A stretch of DNA of 64,000 bases, taken from the IMG/VR virus record IMGVR_UViG_2934377003_000001, positions 1-64,000 of that record; one strand, written 5' to 3'. Both the position numbers and the translations under genes were made by a program. The first letter of the stretch is position 1. Every line of letters starts with the position of its first letter. The notes beneath the pieces were generated by a model. It saw nothing but the letters and a program-made list of their open reading frames with translations, had not been told where the DNA came from and did not search any database. The stretch comes from a virus. Its lineage: Duplodnaviria; Caudoviricetes. Below are positions 19,101 through 27,876 of the stretch, piece after piece.

Positions 19101-22009
19101 GCCGTGAACACTGGCGTCAGCTGCTTGACGAGCGTTCCGATCATGGCGAATACCGGAACCAACGCCATGATCACCGGGTTGAGTGCCTGGATCAACGGCG
19201 GCAGCAGCGTCGTCAGGAGCCCGCCGATCAGTGTGATCAGCGGGCCGATCGCTTGCAGGATCGCCGCGATCAGCTGAGCGACGGGCATCAGCACCGGCAG
19301 CAGCTGCACCGCCAGCTTCGCGATGATCCGCACCACGTCCGCGATGATCGGCATCAGCGCCTGAACCACCGGCATCAAGGCCTCACCGATCGCGGCAAAG
19401 ACCTGCGCGACGACCGGCCCCAGCTCTTCGGCGAGCTGCTGGATGACCGGGGCCATCGCCGCGAGCAGCGGCAGCAGCGCTTGCAGTGCCGCACCGAGTG
19501 CGCCCGCGAGGAGTCCCGCGACGGCGTTGAGCGCCCTGAAGATCGCCGTCAGTGCGGCCTGCACCTCGGGCATCTCGACGACGCGGCGGATTTCCTTGAT
19601 GGCGGCGCCGATGACGCCGAAGAAGTCCCCGCCCGCCGCCCCCGCCGCCTTGAAGATCCCCGCGAAGATCCCGCCGAGATCCGCGAGGACCCCGCCGAAC
19701 TTCACGGCCACGTCCAGAGCGGTGGATATGGCCTCTTCGAGGCGGCCGTCTTCGAAGGCTTTGCCGAGCTTGGCCATGACCCGGTCCATCGCGGAGCCGA
19801 GGCCGGACGTCATCCGGTCGAACGCGGGCTGGGCCGCCACCGACAGCTGCGCGAACCCGGTCACGAGCTGGCCGGGGATACGGTTGAGGTTGCCGAGGCT
19901 GGTGCGGACGCCGTCGAAAACCTTCCCGAGCGTCCCGGCCTTCTCCAGGTTCGACACGGCCGACAGCGCGTTCAACGCCATCAGGTTCAGCTCGCCGGCC
20001 GCGCCCACCAGGCCGGTACGGACCGTGGGCAGGATCTGCCCACCCACCGCCTGCAGCCTGGTGCCGAGGTTCGCGAACAGGGCATCCTGCACGTCGAGAC
20101 GCATCGCCCCCCACGCCGGGGCCATCGCCTGCAGCGCCCCGACGAACGCCCGCGCATTCGGGGACAGCCCAGCCAGAGCGTCGTCGACCTTGGACGTCTT
20201 CTCAGCCGCCGTCTCCTGCGCCTCAGCAACCCGACGGACCGCGTCCGCGACCGCCTCCTGGGCGTCCGCGACCTGCCGGCTCCCCTCTGCCTGCGCGTCA
20301 CTGACGCCGCGTTGGGCGTCCGCGAGAGCACGCTCACGGTCGGCGACCTGCTCGTTTGCCCCGGCGATCTGCCGCTTGGCGTCCGTGACCGCCTTCGAGC
20401 CCTCCACCCCGGCCCTGTTGGCGGCGGCCGTGTCCTGTTCGAGGCGGGCGACCTGGACGCGCTGCTCTTCCAGAGACTGCACGGCGCGCTGCCGGGCAAG
20501 GTCCGCCTGCTCGATCTGCAGCTGGGTCGCGGTCGGGTCGGAGCGCACTTCCTGCAGGTCCAGCTCCGCCTGCTGGACGGCGAGGGTTGCCTCTTCCTCC
20601 GAGAGGCGGCCAGAGGTGAGCTGCTGGTTCAGGTCTTGCAGGTCGCGGACGGCTTGGCGGCGGACCGCTGAAAGTTCCTGCTGCGCCTGGCGGGCGTCGC
20701 GCTGGGCCCGGGACAGGTCCCGTTCGGCATCAGCAACCTGCCGGTTGGCCTGGGCGACGCGCTCCGCGGCCTGCCGTTGGGCGTCCTGCACGCTCCGCTG
20801 TGCCTTGGCGAGGGAGCGTTGGGCGTTCTCCACCTGCTTCGTCGCAGAAGCAGCCTTGGCGCCTTCCGTGGCGACCGGCGCGAACGCGGCCTTGATGGCC
20901 TCCCCGATGCCCTTCGTGCCGACCTTGATAGCGGCGAACCCGCCGATGAGCGCCGCCAGGCCGGGCGCCGCCGTCGCCGCCAGCGGGCCCACCTGCGCCA
21001 GGGCGGACCCGACGGACACGATGGTCGGCAAGACGGCCCCGGCGACCGCCCCGACGCGTCCGAGGGACGCCGACAGCGACGCGAGACCCCCCAGCGCATT
21101 GCTGCCGAGACCGGCAAGGGTGCTGACCAGTGACGACAGGCCACCCGACTGGGTGCGGATGTTGATGCGCCGGTCGCGGGTCAGCGCGTTCAGGCGGGCT
21201 GCGGCGCCGGCGGTGTCGGCGTCCGCGCGGACGGTGACGGTCCGACGGCGGGTGAGGTTCGCGAGGTCGTCTGCGGCTGCCCGGGTGTCGGCGTCGGCGT
21301 CGATGCGGACCTGGCGGCGCCGGGTGAGGTTGGCCAGGTCGTCGGCGGCGGCGCGGGTGTCAACGCGGACGATGACGTTGACGTAGCGGTCGCGGCACAG
21401 GCGGGCGAGTTGGCGTTCGGCCCGGTCGTAGGCCGCCTGCTGGATCCTCGGCAGGATGTCGACGGTGCGCTGCCGTACCAGCTGGTCGATCTTCTTCTCG
21501 GCGTCGGTGGTGTCGGCGGTGGCCGTGACCTTCACCGTGCGCGCCTTGGTGAGCTTGTCGAGGGCCGCCGATGCCTGACTGTCTGAGAGCTGAGCGGTGA
21601 CCTTGACGGTGCGCGCCTTGGTGAGCTCGTCCAGCTTGCTCTTCGCCGAGCCCGTGTCCAGGTCGACGGACACCTTGACGGTGCGTGGAGCGGTGAGCTT
21701 GTCGAGGGCGGCTCGGGCCTTGGTGTCGTCGAGATCGACGCCGACCTTGATGCGGCGGGCGGCGGTCAGCTGGTCGAGCTTGGTCTTGGCCGCGGCGGTG
21801 TCGAGGTCGAGGCCGACCTTCACCTTCGGCTTGAACTCGGTGAGGCGGGCGGTGGCCGCGCTGATGATCGACTTTCCGAGGACGTCGCCCGCCTTCAGGG
21901 CGGCGGGCCGGACCGCCTTGGGCAGCTCGACGAGCAGGACGGGGCCGAACTTCGACGTGTCCGGGGTGATCGAGACCCGGGTGCGTCCGACGATGGTCGC
22001 CTCGGCCAT
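16142..22009 (-). CDS. Tape measure protein with M23 peptidase and lytic transglycosylase domains
   Basis: 1955 aa, Ala/Leu-rich helical body, HTGLD and HLH (M23), ESGGNP and GLMQ (SLT). Confidence 0.92.
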   Translation of the reverse strand: MAEATIVGRTRVSITPDTSKFGPVLLVELPKAVRPAALKAGDVLGKSIISAATARLTEFKPKVKVGLDLDTAAAKTKLDQLTAARRIKVGVDLDDTKARAALDKLTAPRTVKVSVDLDTGSAKSKLDELTKARTVKVTAQLSDSQASAALDKLTKARTVKVTATADTTDAEKKIDQLVRQRTVDILPRIQQAAYDRAERQLARLCRDRYVNVIVRVDTRAAADDLANLTRRRQVRIDADADTRAAADDLANLTRRRTVTVRADADTAGAAARLNALTRDRRINIRTQSGGLSSLVSTLAGLGSNALGGLASLSASLGRVGAVAGAVLPTIVSVGSALAQVGPLAATAAPGLAALIGGFAAIKVGTKGIGEAIKAAFAPVATEGAKAASATKQVENAQRSLAKAQRSVQDAQRQAAERVAQANRQVADAERDLSRAQRDARQAQQELSAVRRQAVRDLQDLNQQLTSGRLSEEEATLAVQQAELDLQEVRSDPTATQLQIEQADLARQRAVQSLEEQRVQVARLEQDTAAANRAGVEGSKAVTDAKRQIAGANEQVADRERALADAQRGVSDAQAEGSRQVADAQEAVADAVRRVAEAQETAAEKTSKVDDALAGLSPNARAFVGALQAMAPAWGAMRLDVQDALFANLGTRLQAVGGQILPTVRTGLVGAAGELNLMALNALSAVSNLEKAGTLGKVFDGVRTSLGNLNRIPGQLVTGFAQLSVAAQPAFDRMTSGLGSAMDRVMAKLGKAFEDGRLEEAISTALDVAVKFGGVLADLGGIFAGIFKAAGAAGGDFFGVIGAAIKEIRRVVEMPEVQAALTAIFRALNAVAGLLAGALGAALQALLPLLAAMAPVIQQLAEELGPVVAQVFAAIGEALMPVVQALMPIIADVVRIIAKLAVQLLPVLMPVAQLIAAILQAIGPLITLIGGLLTTLLPPLIQALNPVIMALVPVFAMIGTLVKQLTPVFTALLQALFPLLPPLTQLALALITLGLQAITPLIPLFTLMMKGLGAAVGYLVPILTKVIGGITWFVNVLTKGVKVVYDGFYWLWDKLLGHSIIPDIVNGATYWFKLMWTWLVAVVKGIKDGVLAGFRALKTGATAVWDAFWGSVRAIASRSWSLVREGWDKFASSLTSSFKYAVKGLGVAWKGLQELVKAPIRFWIETVFNRGVVGVWNATAAKIPGVPDLKKMAMPKGFARGGILPGWSTWRDGDDQLVPMRRGEGVYVSEAMRDPYEQARLHAVNAAAMAGRSLAPFRGFAEGGILGGIKSVGSSIASSVGDALNKGKDAVRGGLADLAAKAFKPVKSGITKALGKNKSGWPGAIAGAPLNLIDKAIDYIRGKDIPESSGAWIKPVNAPYGTPFGKKGSMWSSGYHTGLDFPAKTGTKIVAVDNGTVAKAQSGGPYGKHITVNHGGGLTSLYAHMSAMAAKAGQGIKQGARIGSVGATGNVTGPHLHLEARVSGKTVDPMKYLSGGDVGGTGVKRWTGVVQQVLGQVKQSLSLTNTTLRRMNQESGGNPKAVNRNDINWQNGTPSVGLMQVIKGTFAAYAGKYKRTGPFMYGVSTDPTANIYASMRYALARYGSLAKAYNRPGGYALGGMVGVRRGLPRGYASGGVIRVGGKNVNTNAIKNAVGADFLKALAGTATSINTAMTKVANAVKAAFKGVKTSLDDKLLKQIADSNKKLQALSKQRDDIAAKITAANELAKASTEQAVSYTSMTGLPNGGNTFDASGILAGLNTRLGQLKKFGANLKALATRGLNKTLLQQIITAGPEQGAAYAQALVDATPAQLKDINAAQSAISTATSAFGKDAADAMYDAGADSGKGYLTGLASQQKAIEAQMAQMAKAIQASIKKALKIKSPSRVLEALGRFTGLGYARGVERTVPDVEAAALRMAGTVRATASATSARVQNSQAIRYGGDRHLHYSALVREVASRKSVLDALATDEMLNRPVVMQ

Positions 22010-22024
22010 GCGCCCTCCCCTCCG

Positions 22025-22854
22025 CTATCCGTTTGCTGCGTTGTCGAGTTCGGCGAGTCGCGCCTGCCACTCGTCGATCTCTGCCTGGTCGGTCTCCGTG
22101 GCCCGGACCGGGGCGAAGCCGTCCAGGTACTGCTCGGTGCGCTGCTGTACGGCGGCGGTTGCTTCGTCGTCCGCCTGCTGCCCGGCCAGTACGGGCGGCT
22201 GGATGGGTTCCATCTCCGGCGCACGGCCTTTGAGGTGGGCGGTCCAGAGGATGCGGATGACCATCAGCAGCGCGTTGTACTGGGCTGCGCCGACGAACGT
22301 CGCGCTGGTCCAGCGGCGGCCTTCGACATCTCCGGCGAGGGCCGCCTTGGTCGCCGAGTCCTCCGGCAACGCCACGATGAGGTCGCGGAGTTCGGCCCAG
22401 TTCATGGAGCCCTCACCCCACGACATGGCCCAGAACTCGCTCAGGCGGCGGCCGGGGTAGTAGCGCTGGATGTCGGCTCGGAGGCTCCCGGCGTGCTCGT
22501 GGAGGACGTCGAGGAGCCACTGCCTTCCCCCTCCGTCGTCCCGGCCTCGTCGGCGAGGGCTTCGACGATCTCCTTGAGTTCGCCGACGGTGAGCCGGCCG
22601 ACCTTCACGAGCCGGTCGAAGGACTCCGGGGGCAGGGCCAACTCGCGGAGGAGGCCGATGTTGGCGTCGCCGCCCTTCTCCTGGACCTCCTCGATGACCT
22701 CGACGGGCCAGTCGTCCTGGGTGGGGAGGGTGCAGACCTCTTCGACGCCGTTCTCGTTTTCGAAGTAGATGTCGACGAACTGGGTCTTGGCGGCCTGCGC
22801 GCGCTGGGCGCGCATCTGCTGGAGGCGGACGATCTTCCGGTTGGGCTTCGACAT
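22025..22854 (-). CDS. Tail assembly chaperone, long form made by -1 frameshift
   Basis: GGGGGAA slippery site joins the short chaperone frame to GRQWLLDVL... Confidence 0.8.
22441..22854 (-). CDS. Tail assembly chaperone, short form
   Basis: Between major tail and tape measure genes; Ser/Thr-rich tail after the slippery site. Confidence 0.85.
   Translation of the reverse strand: MSKPNRKIVRLQQMRAQRAQAAKTQFVDIYFENENGVEEVCTLPTQDDWPVEVIEEVQEKGGDANIGLLRELALPPESFDRLVKVGRLTVGELKEIVEALADEAGTTEGEGSGSSTSSTSTPGASEPTSSATTPAAA
22525..22531 (-). other. Programmed -1 ribosomal frameshift site GGGGGAA
   Basis: Plus strand TTCCCCC; heptamer typical of actinophage tail chaperones. Confidence 0.8.
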
Positions 22855-22963
22855 GGCTGCGGTTCCTTCTCGGGCGAGGGCGGGGCGGGGGCTGTGTCAG
22901 GTGGCCCGTCGTGCCGCCCCCGCCCAGGAGATGAGCGCGACGGACCACCAGTCAGAGGGGGGA

Positions 22964-23563
22964 TCAGCCAGGGTCGGGCTCGGGCTCGACGGGCAGCGTC
23001 ACTTCGGTGATCATGTGCTGGACGGACTGGGCGCCGCCGGGCGCGGCGAGCGCGGTGAACGTCATGCCGAAGTTGCTGCTCTCCTCGGAGGAGTGCTTGA
23101 CGGCTTCGCGGTCGGACACACCGCAGCGGGCGATCATGATGCGGTGCCGCTTCCCCGACATGATCACGTCGAGGCCGAGGGCGACCTCCACCGTGTCCGT
23201 CACGCTGCCCGAGCCGAAGGACAGGAACTGCTTCTTCGGTGTGGCCGCCGCGGTCGACGTCATCGACGCCAGCTTCACCTGGTAGTACAGGGAGAGGTTG
23301 AACGCGTTCGTCTCGCGGAACACCAGCTTGAACGTCTGCGTCCGCTTGCGGGCGAGGTCGACGACCGGGGCATCTTCACCCCACGCATCCAGCTGTGTCC
23401 GCTCCTCCTCCAGCGCCTCCTCCAGGCCGTCCGGGGTGATGAACCCCATGTCGGAGAAGTCCGCCCCCCACGGCTCTTCCGGGCCGGTCGGGAACGTCGC
23501 CCCGACCTCGGCCCGGTACGCCTTGCCGGCTGTGCCGACGATGATGTTCGCTGCGTCGCCCAC
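22964..23563 (-). CDS. Major tail tube protein
   Basis: GFITPDGL...AWG...FRETN pattern, size and synteny. Confidence 0.85.
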   Translation of the reverse strand: MGDAANIIVGTAGKAYRAEVGATFPTGPEEPWGADFSDMGFITPDGLEEALEEERTQLDAWGEDAPVVDLARKRTQTFKLVFRETNAFNLSLYYQVKLASMTSTAAATPKKQFLSFGSGSVTDTVEVALGLDVIMSGKRHRIMIARCGVSDREAVKHSSEESSNFGMTFTALAAPGGAQSVQHMITEVTLPVEPEPDPG

Positions 23564-23573
23564 GACGGGCCTC

Positions 23574-24005
23574 CTAGCTGGTGGATCGGGGTGGGCTGAC
23601 GCTCATCCCCAGGGTCATCCCGACGCGAGGCACGTCAGGGTTGAGGTCTTCGGGCCGGTCCTGCGGGCCGGTCTCTTCGCTGATCGCGAGGACGATGCCG
23701 TCCGCGGTGTCGCGGCCGGGCAGCAGTTCCCATGCGGCGCGCACCCGCAGCGCGAGGCGCATCGCGGCTCCGCGGTCGGTGGCGTAGCAGTCGACGGAGA
23801 ACCGCGGGTTGTCGCGTGACGCCGGGTCCGCCCAGCCGCGCTGCCCGGCCGTGCCGCCGATGCGTAGCACCCGCACCGCAGGCAGCACCGCGTTCAGCGC
23901 CTTGCCTTCCGGCAGGGAGCCGGTGACGTGCACGTCGGGCAGGTCGGCGGCGAGGAGGGTCACGGCGATCTGCTTGCCGTCGGGGAGGGTGGTCGGCGTC
24001 GCCAC
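23574..24005 (-). CDS. Tail terminator-like protein
   Basis: VRVLRIGG...VDCYA pattern and synteny. Confidence 0.7.
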   Translation of the reverse strand: MATPTTLPDGKQIAVTLLAADLPDVHVTGSLPEGKALNAVLPAVRVLRIGGTAGQRGWADPASRDNPRFSVDCYATDRGAAMRLALRVRAAWELLPGRDTADGIVLAISEETGPQDRPEDLNPDVPRVGMTLGMSVSPPRSTS

Positions 24006-24007
24006 GG

Positions 24008-24226
24008 CTACGCCTTCGCCGGGGGCTTGGTCGTCTTGTCGCTGGCCGCCGCGGGGGTGGTGGACTGCCCGGACGGCTTGGGGGTGTCGACCGGCTTGGC
24101 GAAGCCCTTCCAGCGGTGGACCTCGTCGGCGGGAACCTCGATGAGGTCGCCGGGCTTCTGCGTGCCCCGGGGGAACGTCAGCCGCATCTTCACGGTGTCG
24201 CCGTCAGCCATCGTCTGCTCCTTCAA
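24008..24226 (-). CDS. Hypothetical structural-module protein
   Basis: Fills the operon gap; start may be 24211. Confidence 0.6.
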   Translation of the reverse strand: MKEQTMADGDTVKMRLTFPRGTQKPGDLIEVPADEVHRWKGFAKPVDTPKPSGQSTTPAAASDKTTKPPAKA

Positions 24227-24562
24227 CTAGTGGTCGCCGCCAGCGGCGTCGAGCGCGTGCCCGAGGGTGTGATGCGGCAGATGAATCCGCCTGCCGGTGC
24301 GGTCGGTCTGCCGCGTGCCGTACTCCACGTAGATCGAGTGGTCGGCATCCGCGTCGACGTGGACGGTGCCGTCGTCGTCGTGACCGTCGACGCGGTGGAT
24401 CTTCGACCGGTACTCGCCGGTGTCCACCGGCGCGGTCGCCTGCCCGACGTCGACGACCCGCTCCATGCGCGCGCCGAGGTCGGCCTGTACTTCGTCGCTC
24501 ACCGCCAGATCGCGGACGGCTTCGTCGTCGATGTTGACGGCGATCTCCACGCGGGTGGCCAT
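24227..24562 (-). CDS. HK97 gp10-like neck protein
   Basis: APVDTGEYRSKI and YVEYGT motifs. Confidence 0.8.
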   Translation of the reverse strand: MATRVEIAVNIDDEAVRDLAVSDEVQADLGARMERVVDVGQATAPVDTGEYRSKIHRVDGHDDDGTVHVDADADHSIYVEYGTRQTDRTGRRIHLPHHTLGHALDAAGGDH

Positions 24563-24903
24563 TAGCCCGCCACCTCCCGCAGGTTGACGACCTGCCCGGC
24601 CAGCGGCCCCGTCGCCTCCGGGTTCGACGGCACCCCGTCGACCTCCCAGATACGGCCCTGCCACGAGACCCGCATCCACTCCGTCACCACGACCGGTGCA
24701 CGCGGAGGCAGGTCGAGGCGTGCCGTGGTCACGGTCTGGTCGGCGGCGTTCTTCGTCTCCGTCGCGCCCGTGATGTCGACCGTGCAGCGCCCCACGACCG
24801 TCTCGGCGGCCTGCCCCCAGTCCCGGAACTGCTCGTTGTACGAGGCCGATACGAGCGGCGCGTCAAGGACGGTGACGGTCTGGCGTCCGATGTGGCCCGG
24901 CAT
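24562..24903 (-). CDS. Head-to-tail stopper/closure protein
   Basis: RVSWQGRIWEVDG pattern and synteny. Confidence 0.7.
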   Translation of the reverse strand: MPGHIGRQTVTVLDAPLVSASYNEQFRDWGQAAETVVGRCTVDITGATETKNAADQTVTTARLDLPPRAPVVVTEWMRVSWQGRIWEVDGVPSNPEATGPLAGQVVNLREVAG

Positions 24904-25283
24904 CAGCCCTCCACCCACACGAAGCCGTGAAAATGGCCCGACGTGAGCAGGACGTCCGCCGCGGACTGCGTCAGCCGCGCCGAACTACCCGCCGAGGACC
25001 CGTCCGCCGCAGACCGCCGCGTGAACGACCGCTGGCCCGTCGACATCGACGCCAGGTCGTCCTGGGCGCCGGTCTCGTCGTCGCGGTCCATCGCCCACTG
25101 CACCTGCTGCACGCAGGCCAGCGACAGCGTCGCCTGCACCTCGATGTCGTCGGCGTCGTATGCGAGGCCGTACAGCGCGCGGTCGATCGCCGTGGACGCC
25201 CGCGTCAGCAGGCGCACAGCGTTCGCGGGGGCAGGCTCAGGGGCGAGCCACTCCTCCAGCGCGGCGACGGTCGCATACGGCAC
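24903..25283 (-). CDS. Head-to-tail adaptor
   Basis: YAT...LLTRASTAID...ACVQQV pattern and synteny. Confidence 0.7.
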   Translation of the reverse strand: MPYATVAALEEWLAPEPAPANAVRLLTRASTAIDRALYGLAYDADDIEVQATLSLACVQQVQWAMDRDDETGAQDDLASMSTGQRSFTRRSAADGSSAGSSARLTQSAADVLLTSGHFHGFVWVEG

Positions 25284-25286
25284 AGG

Positions 25287-25625
25287 TCAGCCCTCCGACG
25301 TCTCGGAGTCGGCGACCTTCACCCAGTCCTGCAGCTCGGTCTTCGTCGCGTCGGCCGCGTCCTCCTCGGACATGCCGAGCGACACGGCGTAGGCGCGCCA
25401 GTCGTCGACCTTGCTGTTGGCGTTCGGCCGCCGCGGGCCGTCGTCGGCAGGGCCGGGCTCGGTCTCGTTCTGCGGGTCGGCGGGCGGCTGCGCCTTCGGC
25501 TCGTCGGCCGGTACGCTGTCGGCGACCGGGACGAGGTGGCCCTTGCGGATCTGGTCCGCGATCTGCGGCGACACCGGCTCGTCCAGGTGCAGACGGAGCC
25601 CGCCCGACCCCACGTACTCGCCCAT
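25287..25625 (-). CDS. Hypothetical protein with a small helical (HeH-like) C-terminus
   Basis: RPNANSKVDDWRAYA...TKTEL. Confidence 0.65.
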   Translation of the reverse strand: MGEYVGSGGLRLHLDEPVSPQIADQIRKGHLVPVADSVPADEPKAQPPADPQNETEPGPADDGPRRPNANSKVDDWRAYAVSLGMSEEDAADATKTELQDWVKVADSETSEG

Positions 25626-25999
25626 CAGTAGGCCTTGGGGAGCTTGAGGACGGTGATCGTGCCAGTCGTACCGGAGGCGAAGTCCACGAAGAGCTTCGTG
25701 CCGGTCTGCTGGAACCGGGCCGACGTGAACGGGCCGATGTAGGAGACGCCGGTCTCCGACGCCACCGACACCGCCAGGTCACCCTGGCCGGCCATCCACG
25801 CCGTACCGTCCCCGGCCCGGACGGTGACGGTCTTGGCGCCGGTCGACGTGTTCGCGACCCGGAGCAGCGTCCGCTCCGGATCCGCTCCTTCGACGACGAC
25901 ACCGTTCGTGACGAGCGTCGGGTTGATCGTGGTCCCGGCCGGCTCGGCGAGGCCGCCGTTCGGAACGAGGCTGCTGTACGTGACTGCTGTGCGAGGCAT
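25625..25999 (-). CDS. Hypothetical virion protein, possibly capsid decoration
   Basis: Beta-rich, directly after the capsid gene. Confidence 0.65.
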   Translation of the reverse strand: MPRTAVTYSSLVPNGGLAEPAGTTINPTLVTNGVVVEGADPERTLLRVANTSTGAKTVTVRAGDGTAWMAGQGDLAVSVASETGVSYIGPFTSARFQQTGTKLFVDFASGTTGTITVLKLPKAY

Positions 26000-26053
26000 G
26001 GGAGGACTCCCGGGGTCAGGATCGGATGCGGCGACGAGGATCACGCCGGGAGA

Positions 26054-26911
26054 TCACGCAGGGTCGATGAACGCGACCGCGATACCGGTCGGCCGCAGGA
26101 GCTTCGCGCCGTACACGTGCAGGCCACGGATCGCGTCCGCGATCGTGTTCTGCAGACGCAGCGCCTCGGTCTCGAGGATCTGCTCGGCGTAGGTGATCGC
26201 GCCTGGGTAGCCGGCCTGGACGACCTGGATGTCGCCGGTCGGGTTGGGGGTGTTGTTCGATTCGAGGATGTCGAAGCCAGCAGCCCGGCCGACGAAGCCG
26301 TTGCGGAGTCCCTCGGTGGTGCCGGAGGCGTCCGCCCGGACGAACCGGTCGTCGTTGAGCATGGAGCCGATGAACTCCGGGCTACCGACCACGTAGCGGC
26401 CTTCGGTGGGGACGTTGGCCCGGTTGAGCTTGGTGCGCAGCGGCACGAGCACCTTGGAGTAGGCGTCCGTCGGCGCGGTGAACGTGTTGATCGGGGCGCC
26501 CGTGGAGCCGAGCGTGTTCGCCGAGGCGACTCCGGTGTACAGGTTCGCGACGAACGCGTCGGCCTTGTCGCGCAGCCCGTAGGCCGCGTTCTGGGCCATC
26601 TTCACCATGGGGTTGAGGAGGGCCTGCGCCTTGTCGACGTCGTCGAGGCGGAACGCGAACGCCTTCGCCTGGTCGATGATCAGGTCCGTGCCCGCGGTCT
26701 CGACTTCCTCGTAGTTGAGGTTCGCCGACTTGTCGTAGTCGAAGATCGTCGGGTCGCCGATGCTGGTGATGTGCACCGACTGGCCCTGCGTGGAGATCTC
26801 GCCCTCGTAGTCGCGGTTCACCAGCTGCGGCTGGGCGTAGACGAGGGCGTTCTCCAGTGCGTCGAGGAGCTGGGCGGACCAGATCTCCGGCTTGAAGTTG
26901 TTGATCGACAA
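26054..26911 (-). CDS. Major capsid protein, P22 coat-like family
   Basis: FKPEIWSAQLL, NRDYEGEI and GLHVYGAKLLRP motifs. Confidence 0.9.
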   Translation of the reverse strand: MSINNFKPEIWSAQLLDALENALVYAQPQLVNRDYEGEISTQGQSVHITSIGDPTIFDYDKSANLNYEEVETAGTDLIIDQAKAFAFRLDDVDKAQALLNPMVKMAQNAAYGLRDKADAFVANLYTGVASANTLGSTGAPINTFTAPTDAYSKVLVPLRTKLNRANVPTEGRYVVGSPEFIGSMLNDDRFVRADASGTTEGLRNGFVGRAAGFDILESNNTPNPTGDIQVVQAGYPGAITYAEQILETEALRLQNTIADAIRGLHVYGAKLLRPTGIAVAFIDPA

Positions 26912-26931
26912 CGGAGGCTCCTAGGGAGGCA

Positions 26932-27720
26932 TCAGCCGCTGCCGAGGTAGGCGTTGAGCCTGCCCTCCTGCACGGCCTGAGTGATCTGCTTCGGGGTCAT
27001 GCGCGCCACGTCCGCCGCTCCCAGCTGCCGCTTGCCGCCCGCTGCTCCGCCCATGTCCGCGCCGCCCGCAGGGGTCTCCGGCTTCTTCGGCTCGGGCGCC
27101 TTGGCCGCGAGCTTCGCGTTGCCGTCGACCGCCGCCTTCACGGCCTCGCCGACCTTCGCGTCGAAGTCGGCCGCGGTCGGGTCGAGTTTCGCGATGGCGT
27201 TGGCGAAGGAGCGTGAGTCGAGCAGGGCGTCGGGGTCGCCGCCGTGCTTTCCGGCGGTCTTGTAAACGGCGAGCTCCACCTGCGTCTGGCGGGCGCGATC
27301 GTCGGACGCCTTGGTCCGGGTCTGCTCCTCTTCCAGCTGCTGGGCGAGCTCTTCGGGGGTGGGCGGCTTGGCCTCGTCGGTGGTGACGCCGAAGATCCCG
27401 GCCAGCTTCTTCATGAAGTCGGCCTGGTCGTCGGTGGCTTTCTTCTCTGCGGCCTGACGCTTCTGCTTCTCGGCTTCGACGTCGCCGCGGAGGTTCTCGA
27501 CGAGCTTCTCGAACCGGGCAGGGTCGAAGTCGCCTTCGAACTTGGGCGCCTTGGCCTTGGGTTCGACGGTCGGCTCGGCGGACGGTGCCGGATCGGGAGG
27601 TGTGGCGGGTGCGGCCGGCGCTGGCGGCGTCGGTGCGGGGGCGCCTTCGGGTACGGGCGGGGTGGCCGGCTGGTTGCTCGGGTCCGCGGGCGTGCTCTGG
27701 GGCTGGGCGGGGGTCGTCAT
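26932..27720 (-). CDS. Capsid scaffolding protein
   Basis: Pro-rich N-terminus, coiled coil, DALLDSRSF, upstream of the capsid gene. Confidence 0.8.
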   Translation of the reverse strand: MTTPAQPQSTPADPSNQPATPPVPEGAPAPTPPAPAAPATPPDPAPSAEPTVEPKAKAPKFEGDFDPARFEKLVENLRGDVEAEKQKRQAAEKKATDDQADFMKKLAGIFGVTTDEAKPPTPEELAQQLEEEQTRTKASDDRARQTQVELAVYKTAGKHGGDPDALLDSRSFANAIAKLDPTAADFDAKVGEAVKAAVDGNAKLAAKAPEPKKPETPAGGADMGGAAGGKRQLGAADVARMTPKQITQAVQEGRLNAYLGSG

Positions 27721-27876
27721 CTGCGGTGCCTCCTCGGGCGGCCTGCGCGGTGTGGGCGATGCCTTGATCGCTCCGCGTTAGCCCAGATGTTAACCCTGAA
27801 CCCACCACCATGCTGCACAATCAAAGGCAAGAAGGCAAGAACACCTTACGATCGAAGGCTCGAAGGGGGTGGTGGG
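27721..27876. promoter_or_regulatory. Divergent late promoter region
   Basis: AT-enriched gap; TAACAT on minus (27787-27792), TACGAT on plus (27847-27852), tandem AGGCAAGA. Confidence 0.45.

Noticed and set aside
16244-21386. Long plus-strand ORFs (1475 aa, 647 aa) opposite the tape measure gene, and similar antisense ORFs across the window
   Set aside because: Typical shadow frames of GC3-biased genes; no RBS or recognisable motifs
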